Positions 28,901-49,177 of a DNA stretch of 64,000 bases are shown one piece after another (within the stretch, counting starts at the first letter, position 1; each line of letters opens with the position of its first letter). The notes beneath the pieces were generated by a model. It was not told the DNA's origin. It did not search any database and worked only from the letters and a program-made list of their open reading frames with translations. Source of the stretch: Antedon mediterranea (taxonomy: Eukaryota > Animalia > Echinodermata); the NCBI RefSeq assembly GCF_964355755.1, contig NC_092679.1, positions 23,729,432 to 23,793,431 on the forward strand, in the 5' to 3' direction. The position numbers and the translations under genes were made by a program.

Positions 28901-29561
28901 CTTTGAATAATCCGTTCGTATTTTGACGTGCTTTTATTTTTTGTGCTGCAAGAAGTTACCTTATGTACGAATTTATTATACCGATATTTAAATTAGATAA
29001 TTCAGTTGACTTTACTTACTTGGAAGTGGAGCGAATAATTGCTGTAACAAGAAGATGAGCCCCTTTTTGTATTTATATATAAATTGTATATAATTAGTTA
29101 GGTTATTTTCATACATTTATTTATGGTAACCATACAAATATTTTGCCGATTATTTTTTAATTTGAAGGTCTCGAGAGAAATTGTCAAAATAGTAACAGTA
29201 AGGCCCTGTCTACACTATCAAACTCTATGTGACAAAAACATATATGGACATGATGATGTCATATCACTACCATATTTAAGCATATTACTACCATAATTGG
29301 GCACATCACACTTTTATTGTTAAAGTTTGATAGTGTAGACAGAGCTTTAAACAATTAACTTACATGTGGGCGTAACCACCTGATGTCATTTCGCCTCTCG
29401 TAGAATTTCAACAAAGTTGAATCTTCTTTAATGAATATAGACTCGTTACATGCCTTAAAACATGGATCTTTGAATAGGTTGTCCCTATTGTACTGACTAT
29501 CTTCTATCAGATCGGCGTAGTTTTGGCCACAAATTGTGTTTAATTTGATGGACTTAGCCAT
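20164..29561 (-). CDS. Calpain-like protein, copy C (same 18-exon structure), predicted catalytically inactive
   Basis: Exons 29561-29364, 28452-28368, 28022-27773, 27529-27286, then exons homologous to copy B down to the stop at 20166-20164. Splice sites are conserved and I saw no stops or frameshifts in the exons. Confidence 0.88.
22002..22382 (-). other. U12-type intron in calpain C
   Basis: Same GTATCCTTTT donor and TTCCTTAAG branch motif as in copy B. Confidence 0.85.
24858..25090. repeat. 117-bp tandem duplication in calpain C intron 7
   Basis: aaggaaagagagtgcagtggtatcattt... starts at 24858 and again at 24975. Single copy in B. Confidence 0.9.
25210..25612. repeat. 56-bp minisatellite, about 7 copies (calpain C intron 7)
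   Basis: Unit gatgtgattgcaaagaggtgaatccatgggtaattttagtctactgctggaggaa with period 56. Only a degenerate 1-2 units occur at ~12915-13010 in B. Confidence 0.92.
28075..28185 (-). pseudogene. Decayed partial duplicate of calpain exon 3 within intron 2 of copy C
   Basis: tttcctacag|TAAACGCGTCATTTATGAACGCAT... reads (V)NASFMNA, then after a 1-nt insertion [19 protein letters not shown], matching [19 protein letters not shown]. Confidence 0.75.
28561..28960. repeat. 58-bp minisatellite (about 6 copies) preceded by an inverted part-unit
   Basis: Unit ttttgtgctacaagaagttactttgaataatccgttcgtattttgacgtgcttttatt. 28561-28591 (caaaatacgaacggattattcaaagtaactt) is the reverse complement of its core. Confidence 0.92.
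29202..29346. mobile_element. PIF/Harbinger-like MITE
   Basis: taa|ggccctgtctacactatcaaact...agtttgatagtgtagacagagct|tta: about 23-bp TIRs with TWA flanks. Confidence 0.8.
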
Positions 29562-30404
29562 GTCTCAATAGACTTATAATCCAAAATGAATCGTAATATC
29601 AGATGAGAGCAGCTTTAATACTGAACAAACCACCACATCATTACAACAAAAGCTATTGTATTTTCATTGGGTTATTATGATTGTGTGACGTCAAACAATA
29701 AGTTCAATTTTAATGGTACATATATTTATCGATCCATATCATAAGCAGTAACTTATATATGTAACCAATATACCGTAAGAAAAGACATATCGGAATATAA
29801 TTATGGTATAACAATAGTACTGAAAAATGATCATTAGGGGCAGTTTAAGGAGATTATTCTAAGGATAGTAATTTTCTATAGGCCTAACGCTTGTGTGTAC
29901 TGTAAATTTATATTTATTTTTATTACAAAATAGAAAGGTTTTCAATTTACCACATGCCTTTAATTTTTATGTATTTATGCTCCCTGAATACGCTTTTATG
30001 GCAATAATATTTATTTTTTTATTACCTTCGTTCGGTAAAAAAATGTACTGATAATAACTGGAATAATAGGAAACCAACTTGCGAAATTTCTTTACATACA
30101 TTATTGAAAAAAAATGTTCTAAAATATTGTGTAACATTACGTCATAGTACAATCTAAAATATATTTATCCCAATTGGACAATTTAATATAAAACCGCTTT
30201 TGAATAATTCTATGCTTAATTTGTATTTATAAACGTGAACTCCATGCTTAGTGAAACATGCAAAGATGTTTTATCTTTATAAAGTGAGATAATAAGATAG
30301 AGTTATTACTCTAAAAGTATATGTTAGTCATGTATGTTTGAAAATGTATGTTGTACATCGAGGCGCGCAAGGTAACGAATCCATCCCAAGATAGGATGTT
30401 TATA

Positions 30405-30698
30405 GCCGTGTTTCCGCAGCCAAAAATTATCCGATAATTAACCGGTAAAAATTAACCGATAATTAACCGATAAATTGCCTGTCTCGAGAACAATTTACCG
30501 ATGATTAATATCTCATTCAAATCGGATAATTATCTGATAAATGCGATAATTTTTAACCTTTGACCTGGAGGACAAATTGTTGCGTTGTGATTGGGCATCA
30601 GGTTGTTTTGGTAATAACTGTAATAACTTATCATGTGCACTTTATTGGTTAAAAAAATTAAATGATAATTTTGGTTTTGTTGCGCGCGGAAACACGGC
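30405..30698. mobile_element. MITE with 13-bp TIRs upstream of calpain C
   Basis: gccgtgtttccgc ... gcggaaacacggc, with internal (aattaaccgat)-like repeats. Absent from the homologous upstream regions of A and B (~2720, ~17300). Confidence 0.7.
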
Positions 30699-31139
30699 CA
30701 AAGAAGGATGAGTATACTGACGGGGTACGAAAGGTGAATTTGGACAAGACTAATTCCAGATTGCCATATCATACATTAAAATGGTCGTGATACCATTTTT
30801 TAAATGCTTTCTTATGTTTTGTTTTATCAACTGAAATAAAAATTCTGTTCCGTACCCGTATGTGATGCATGAAGATAAATGTAATTTTTCGCTTGAATTA
30901 TCGAATTATCTATACGAATGGTTTGGTCGAAATTGCTATTGATTTAATTGAAGAACGCTCATCCCTTTTACCACCTTAGTTACCACAAAGGACTGCCGTA
31001 GTAATATCATAGAAATATATAATATCTCTATGGTAACATCGATTTAAATATTAACAAAATATTGAACTAATTCTAGTAAGAAAAATGAATATTTAAGTGA
31101 GGCGTTTTTAAATATTATAAAATCTTGGTTTGTTTATTT

Positions 31140-31905
31140 ACCTATTGTTATTATCTTGTTATTGTTAAATATATAATGCAGGTTATTGTGTTCCAAATCA
31201 TGAACAGACGGAGCATGCGCTCTCGAGAGGGTAAGCTGATACGAAAAGGTCAAAGTTCTCTTTGAGCACTCCTCTGCAATTGACTTTTACAACAAAACTA
31301 CGTACCGTCATCATTTCTTTTATTTGACTACGGAGACAGCAGGATGTATCCGAGAATTAAAAATTATATTAATCTATAGAATATTAATATCTATTTGGTA
31401 TGCCTACCATTTTGAACAATTAACTCTCTATTTTAAAACAGGAAGCCTAATGCGATTATTTCATAAATTCTTTTTTTTTTATGTTTTTCTTTAAATGTGT
31501 ATATACACTGTATTATTTGTATATATTATATATTGCATTACCTTACCTATCACGAACTTGTGGAAGAACATCTTTATTTTATGGTGAACGAGCTTTATAT
31601 TTTGTACTATTGTATTTATATTTTCGTGAATAAATAAAAATTTTGATTGATATGGACAAAATTATAAAACATTACACTTTATTTGTAACAGAAACAGAGT
31701 ATTATTATAATATTGCATATTTCAGGTGGGCATTATAAGCTTCCGTAAACGTAACTCGGCTTATTTACACCGTGACGTACACAACAACAACTGCGCATGT
31801 AAGTTTCGAGAGGGATATGTTTTGAAAGCATTGTTAATTGTTGTTGTTTGATTATTAGGGAAAGAGGAAGTAGAAAAATGCCTTAAGTAGCTAGGTACTT
31901 AAGGT
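31140..31905. promoter_or_regulatory. Putative divergent promoter region between calpain C and ABCC10
   Basis: Head-to-head genes. GC-containing motifs gagcatgcgctctcgaga (~31211) and ctgcgcatg (~31791) are NRF1-like. Candidate non-coding first-exon donors at ~31140 (minus) and 31903/4 (ttaag|gtaaat, plus). Inference only. Confidence 0.4.
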
Positions 31906-32483
31906 AAATCTTTATTACTTTGTCATTTTTCCGTACTTGCATACTTTAAAATTAAGAACCAAAACCAGGCCTAGGTTTAGGCATTTAGGTAGGCCTAGGC
32001 ACCCGTTACGTAACACTGTTTAGCCGGCCAAGCAGCACCGAACTGAACAAGAGTGGTCTGGTGGGGGTTTTCCCCATTTCATGATTTACAGCTAGGCCCT
32101 AGTAGGCCTAGTTAGAATGGCTACTAGCTTAGCTAGGCATACAGTACAGTAGGTCCAGTTGAGTCACTTTACGTACACCGTACGGCTAGAGGCCTAGCCC
32201 TACTAGGACTAGGTGGTCTATGGTCTATACTATGAATGTATTAAATTGTCTCAGGGCATGCCTATGATGTACATATGTTAACTGCAAGTAGAAAGAAGTT
32301 TCAACAAAGGCTAAGCATATTTAAATTTGTAAAGAATATTAATTGTCCTACAGTAGGCCTATTATTTATATACAGACATGCCAGTCTAAACATTTTTTTA
32401 GTCAATATCAATCATTTTTAACAACACATATAAATTGCCAGTTTTGTTTCATTTCAGTTGCTAAATTTGATGCATTTGTTGCT

Positions 32484-42856
<10,373 letters not shown>

Positions 42857-43284
42857 ACCCTTCGGTTATAAAATGTATTAAGAAATGTAGAAAACCAGTG
42901 AAAGTTTATGCAGCTGAAGGTAAATTAGAATTATGTAATCGGTTTGTTTATGGTTAAAGTTTTTATATGTAAAATAAAATAATGCTATATTAGAAAAAAA
43001 ACATTTTTGGAAACATTGTAGTAAATTTATATTATAGTACCATAGAAAGCAGTTAAGTCGAACAATAAAATGGTCGAAAATGGTATTCAAAACAACCTCC
43101 TAGATTCTTGGGCCCCATTGGCCAATTGTACAGTTTCCTCATTATCTAATGACCCAGTCCAATTCAGTTTTAATGACCCCACATGGCTCTGTCCATTTCT
43201 TGTCCATTTCTTTTTGCGTTCTTTACCTTTCCGAGTGAGAAGATTGAGCTGTACCCTTACTATACTATAAAAAAAAATAGTCAA

Positions 43285-46200
43285 ATTATCAAGTTTTTAA
43301 AATTCAATTTTTATGCGATAATATTGCTGTATATGATCATACAACATCTTATAGTGCCATAGAAACCATTTATGTCGAAAAATAAAAAGGTCGAAAAGTA
43401 CCCATTTTTGAAAAAAAATTCCTGTGCTATAGTAAGGGATTTTTTCGAAAAATGGCCAAAATGTCAAGTTTTTAAAATTCAATTTGTATGCGATAATATT
43501 GCTGTATATGATCATACAGCATCTTATAGTGCCATAGAAACCATTTATGTCGAAAAATAAAAGGGTCGAAAATTGGCCATTTTTGGAAAAAATCCCTGTA
43601 CTATTATATAGTAAGGGATTTTTTCGAAAAATGGCCAAAATATCAAGTTTTTAAAATTAAATTGTTATGCGATAATATGGCTGTATATGATCATACAACA
43701 TCTTATAGTGCCATAGAAACCATTTATGTCGAAAAATAAAAAGGTCGAAAATTGGTCATTTTTGAAAAAAATCCCTGTACTATAGTAAGGGATTTTTTTA
43801 AAAAATGACTCAAAATATCAAGTTTTTAAAATTCAATTTTTATGCGATAATATTGCTGTATATGATCATACAGCATCTTATAGAGCCATAGAAACCATTT
43901 ATGTCGAAAAATAAAAGGGTCGAAAATTGGGCAATTTTGTAAAAAATCCCTGTACTATAGTAAGGGATTTTTTTGAAAAATGGCCAAATTATCAAGTTTT
44001 TAAAATTCAATTTTTATGCGATAATATTGCTGTATATGATCATACAACATCTTATAGTGCCATAGAAACTATTTATGTTGAAAAATAAAAGGGTCGAAAA
44101 TTGGCCATTTTTGGAAAAAATCCCTGTACTATAGTAAGGGATTTTTTCGAAAAATGGCCAAAATATCAAGTTTTTAAAATTCAATTTTTATGCGATAATA
44201 TTGCTGTATATGATCATACAACATCTTATAGTGCCATAGAAACCATTTATGTTGAAAAATAAAAGGGTCGAAAATTGGCCATTTTTGGCAAAAATCCCTG
44301 TACTATAGTAAGGGATTTTTTCAAAAAATAGGCAAATTATCAAGTTTTTAAAATTCAATTTTTATGCGATAATATTGCTGTATATGAGCATACAACATCT
44401 TATAGTGCCATAGAAACCATTTATGTCGAAAAATAAAAGGGTCGAAAATTGGCCATTTTTGGAAAAAATCCCTGTATTATAGTAAGGGATTTTTTCGAAA
44501 AATGGCCAAAATATCAAGTTTTTAAAATTCAATTTTTATGCGATAATATTGCTGTATATGATCATACAACATCTTATAGTGCCATAGAAACCATTTATGT
44601 TGAAAAATAAAAGGGTCGAAAATTGGCCATTTTTGGCAAAAATCCCTGTACTATAGTAAGGGATTTTTTCAAAAAATAGGCAAATTATCAAGTTTTTAAA
44701 ATTCAATTTTTATGCGATAATATTGCTGTATATAATCATACAACATCTTATAGTGCCATAGAAACCATTTATGTCGAAAAATAAAAAGGTTGAAAAGTAC
44801 CCATTTTTGAAAAAAATCCCTGTACTATAGTAAGGGATTTTTTCGAAAAATGGCCAAAATATCAAGTTTTTAAAATTCAATTTTTATGCGATAATATTGC
44901 TGTATATGATCATACAACATCTTATAGTGCCATAGAAACCATTTATGTCGAAAAATAAAAAGGTTGAAAAGTACCCATTTTTGAAAAAAATCCCTGTACT
45001 ATAGTAAGGGATTTTTTCGAAAAATGGCCAAAATATCAAGTTTTTAAAATTCAATTTTTATGCGATAATATTGCTGTATATGATCATACAACATCTTATA
45101 GTGCCATAGAAACCATTTATGTCGAAAAATAAAAGGGTCGAAAATTGGCCATTTTTGGAAAAAATCCCTGTACTATAGTAAGGGATTTTTTCGAAAAATG
45201 GCCAAAATATCAAATTTTTAAAATTCAATTTTTATGCGATAATATTGCTGTATATGATCATACAACATCTTGTAGTGCCATAGAAACCATTTATGTTGAA
45301 AAATAAAAGGGTCGAAAATTGGCCATTTTTGGAAAAAATCCCTGTACTATAGTAAGGGATTTTTTCGAAAAATAGGCAAATTATCAAGTTTTTAAAATTC
45401 AATTTTTATGCGATAATATTGCTGTATATAGATCATACAACATCTTATAGTGCCATAGAAACCATTTATGTCAAAAAATAAAAAGGTCGAAAATTGGTCA
45501 TTTTTGAAAAAAATCCCTGTACTATAGTAAGGGATTTTTTTTTAAAATGACTCAAAATATCAAGTTTTTAAAATTCAATTTTTATGCGATAATATTGCTG
45601 TATATGATCATACAACATCTTGTAGTTCCATAGAAACCATTTATGTCGAAAAATAAAAGGGTCGAAAATTGGGCAATTTTGTAAAAAATCCCTGTACTAT
45701 AGTAAGGGATTTTTTCGAAAAATAGGCAAATTATCAAGTTTTTAAAATTCAATTTTTATGTGATAATATTGCTGTATATGATCATACAACATCTTAAAGT
45801 GCCATAGAAACCATTTATGTCAAAAAATAAAAGGGTCGAAAATTGGGCAATTTAAAAAAAAATCCCTGTACTATAGTAAGGGATTTTTTTTAAAAATGAC
45901 ACAAAATATCAAGTTTTTAAAATTCAATTTTTATGCGATAATATTGCTGTATATGATCATACAACATCTTGTAGTTCCATAGAAACCATTTATGTCGAAA
46001 AATAAAAGGGTCGAAAATTGGGCAATTTTGAAAAAAATCCCTGTACTATAGTAAGGGATTTTTTTTTAAAATGACTCAAAATATCAAGTTTTTAAAATTC
46101 AATTTGTATGCGATAATATTGCTGTATATGATCATACAACATCTTGTAGTTCCATAGAAACCATTTATGTCGAAAAATAAAAGGGTCGAAAATTGGGCAA

Positions 46201-47745
46201 TTTTGTAAAAAATCCCTGTACTATAGTAAGGGATTTTTTCGAAAAATAGGCAAATTATCAAGTTTTTAAAATTCAATTTTTATGTGATAATATTGCTGTA
46301 TATGATCATACAACATCTTAAAGTGCCATAGAAACCATTTATGTCAAAAAATAAAAGGGTTGAAAATTGGGCAGTTTTAAAAAAAATCCCTGTACTATAG
46401 TAAGGGATTTTTTTTAAAAATGACTCAAAATATCAAGTTTTTAAAATTCAATTTTTATGCGATAATATTGCTGTATATGATCATACAACATCTTGTAGCT
46501 CCATAGAAACCATTTATGTCGAAAAATAAAAGGGTCGAAAATTGGGCAATTTTGTAAAAAATCCCTGTACTATAGTAAGGGATTTTTTCGAAAAATAGGC
46601 AAATTATCAAGTTTTTAAAATTCAATTTTTATGCGATAATATTGCTGTATATGATCATACAACATCTTATAGTGCCATAGAAACCATTTATGTCGAAAAA
46701 TAAAAAGGTTGAAAAGTACCCATTTTTGAAAAAAATCCCTTTTTCGAAAAATGGCCAAAATATCAAGTTTTTAAAATTCAATTTTTATGCGATAATATTG
46801 CTGTATATGATCATACAACATCTTATAGTGCCATAGAAACCATTTATGTCGAAAAATAAAAGGGTCGAAAATTGGGCAATTTTGTAAAAAATCCCTGTAC
46901 TATAGTAAGGGATTTTTTTTTAAAATGACTCAAAATATCAAGTTTTTAAAATTCAATTTGTATGCGATAATATTGCTGTATATGATCATACAACATCTTG
47001 TAGTTCCATAGAAACCATTTATGTCGAAAAATAAAAGGGTCGAAAATTGGGCAATTTTGTAAAAAATCCCTGTACTATATAGTAAGGGATTTTTTCGAAA
47101 AATAGGCAAATTATCAAGTTTTTAAAATTCAATTTTTATGTGATAATATTGCTGTATATGATCATACAACATCTTAAAGTGCCATAGAAACCATTTATGT
47201 CAAAAAATAAAAGGGTCGAAAATTGGGCAGTTTTAAAAAAAATCCCTGTACTATAGTAAGGGATTTTTTTTTAAAATGACTCAAAATATCAAGTTTTTAA
47301 AATTCAATTTTTATGCGATAATATTGCTGTATATGATCATACAACATCTTGTAGTTCCATAGAAACCATTTATGTCGAAAAATAAAAGGGTCGAAAATTG
47401 GGCAATTTTGTAAAAAATCCCTGTACTATAGTAAGGGATTTTTTCGAAAAATTGGCAAATTATCAAGTTTTTAAAATTCAATTTTTATGCGATAATATTG
47501 CTGTATATGATCATACAACATCTTATAGTGCCATAGAAACCATTTATGTCGAAAAATAAAAAGGTTGAAAAGTACCCATTTTTGAAAAAAATCCCTGTAC
47601 TATAGTAAGGGATTTTTTCAAAAAATGACCAAATTATCAAGTTTTTAAAATTCAATTTTTATGCGATAATATTGCTGTATATGATCATACAACATCTTAT
47701 AGTGCCATAGAAACCATTTATGTCGAAAAATAAAAGGGTCTAAAA
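43285..47745. repeat. 174-bp satellite array, about 25 copies, each with an internal ~60-bp palindrome
   Basis: tgtactatag recurs at 44821, 44995 and 45169 (period 174). The unit is A/T-tract rich, and degenerate monomers flank both sides. Confidence 0.97.
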
Positions 47746-48276
47746 TATTGAATATTCTTTGAAAAATTGCCAAATTTCGACCATTTTGTATTTTGAAATA
47801 AAGACTTGCGCACACATAGTGTGTTCTTGTACGTTAACTCAATACATTATTTTAAACAGTTGATATTTGGCAGTTTTGTGAAAAACATTACTGTACTATA
47901 TATAATAATAGTACAGTACAATTTTCGAAAAATTACCTAATATTGACTGTTCTGTTCTGCATTCTGTACTCTTGCAACCGAGCCAAACCACACAGTTTTC
48001 CCCCCAAAAAATATGGACTTTTATATTGCTATGTACATATTATATATTCGTTATATAATATTCATTGTTGAGCAGATTTCAGAGGTAGATATTTAATTTG
48101 TATGATTGTAATAAATACCTATGTACTTCTCGGTGTCATTGAAACAATTATGGTTTCAGTTTCCTTACATTATTTTCTATTTTGTCATTTATTCATTCAT
48201 TATAACACCATTTTATAAAGGTGGTCCGAAACTGATCAATAAATATCGTTCAACAGACTGTATAAAATTCCCAATA

Positions 48277-49177
48277 GGCTTCATGTTTGAGTCTGGCCCG
48301 GAGACAAAGCCATCTCACTGCCAGAGTGATTCTCTTGGTTCACATTACTTAGCTTGCGTTTCTTAGCTAGTGGAGGCTTCATGTTTGAGCCTGGGGAGAC
48401 AAAGCCATCTCACTGCCAGAGTGATTCTCTTGGTTCACTTTACTTAGCTTGCGTTTCTTAGCTAGTGGAGGCTTCATGTTTGAGCCTGGGGAGACAAAGC
48501 CATCTCACTGCCAGAGTGATTCTCTTGGTTCACATTACTTAGCTTGCATTTCTTAGCTAGTGGAGGCTTCATGTTTGAGCCTGGGGAGACAAAGCCATCT
48601 CACTGCCAGAGTGATTCTCTTGGTTCACTTTACTTAGCTTGCGTTTCTTAGCTAGTGGAGGCTTCATGTTTGAGCCTGGGGAGACAAAGCCATCTCACTG
48701 CCAGAGTGATTTGGTTCACGTTACTTAGCTTGCATTTCTTAGCTAGTGGAGGCTTCATGTTTGAGCCTGGAGAGACAAAGCCATATCACTGACAGAGTGA
48801 TTCTCTTGGTTCACTTTACTTAGCTTGCGTTTCTTAGCTAGTGGAGGCTTCATGTTTGAGCCTGGGGAGACAAAGCCATCTCCCTGCCAGAGTGATTCTC
48901 TTGGTTCATTTACTTAGCTTGCGTTTCTTAGCTAGTGGAGGCTTCATGTTTGAGGTTGGAGAGAAAAAGCCATCGCCCTGCCAGAGTGATTGTTTCTTCA
49001 CTTAGCTTAAGTTTCTTAGCAAGTGGAGGCTTTATGTTTGAGTCCGGCCCGGAGAAAAAAGCCATCTCCCTGCCAGAGTGATTGTTTCTTCATTTACTTA
49101 GCTTGCGTTTCTTAGCTAGTGGAGGCTTCATGTTTGAGCCTGGGGAGACAAAGCCATCCCCACTGCCTGAGTGATTG
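48277..49177 (-). repeat. ~95-bp minisatellite (about 9.5 copies) overlapping the MED6 C-terminus and 3' UTR
   Basis: ggcttcatgtttgagcctggggagacaaagcc... recurs at 48375, 48470, 48565, 48660 and onward. The rightmost unit is the end of the MED6 CDS. Confidence 0.95.

Noticed and set aside
5574-29561. Calling the calpain copies pseudogenes
   Set aside because: No stops or frameshifts in the 18 exons, and canonical and U12 splice signals are intact. Loss of catalytic residues alone does not make a pseudogene.
32343-32483. N-terminal extension of the 585-aa ORF
   Set aside because: It starts at a non-ATG codon and runs through an acceptor (atttcag, 32457). ATG 32484 (MAILDDLC) is the likely start.
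43285-47745. CRISPR-like appearance (regular palindromic repeats)
   Set aside because: There are no unique spacers: the whole 174-bp unit repeats. No cas genes are present and the context is eukaryotic.
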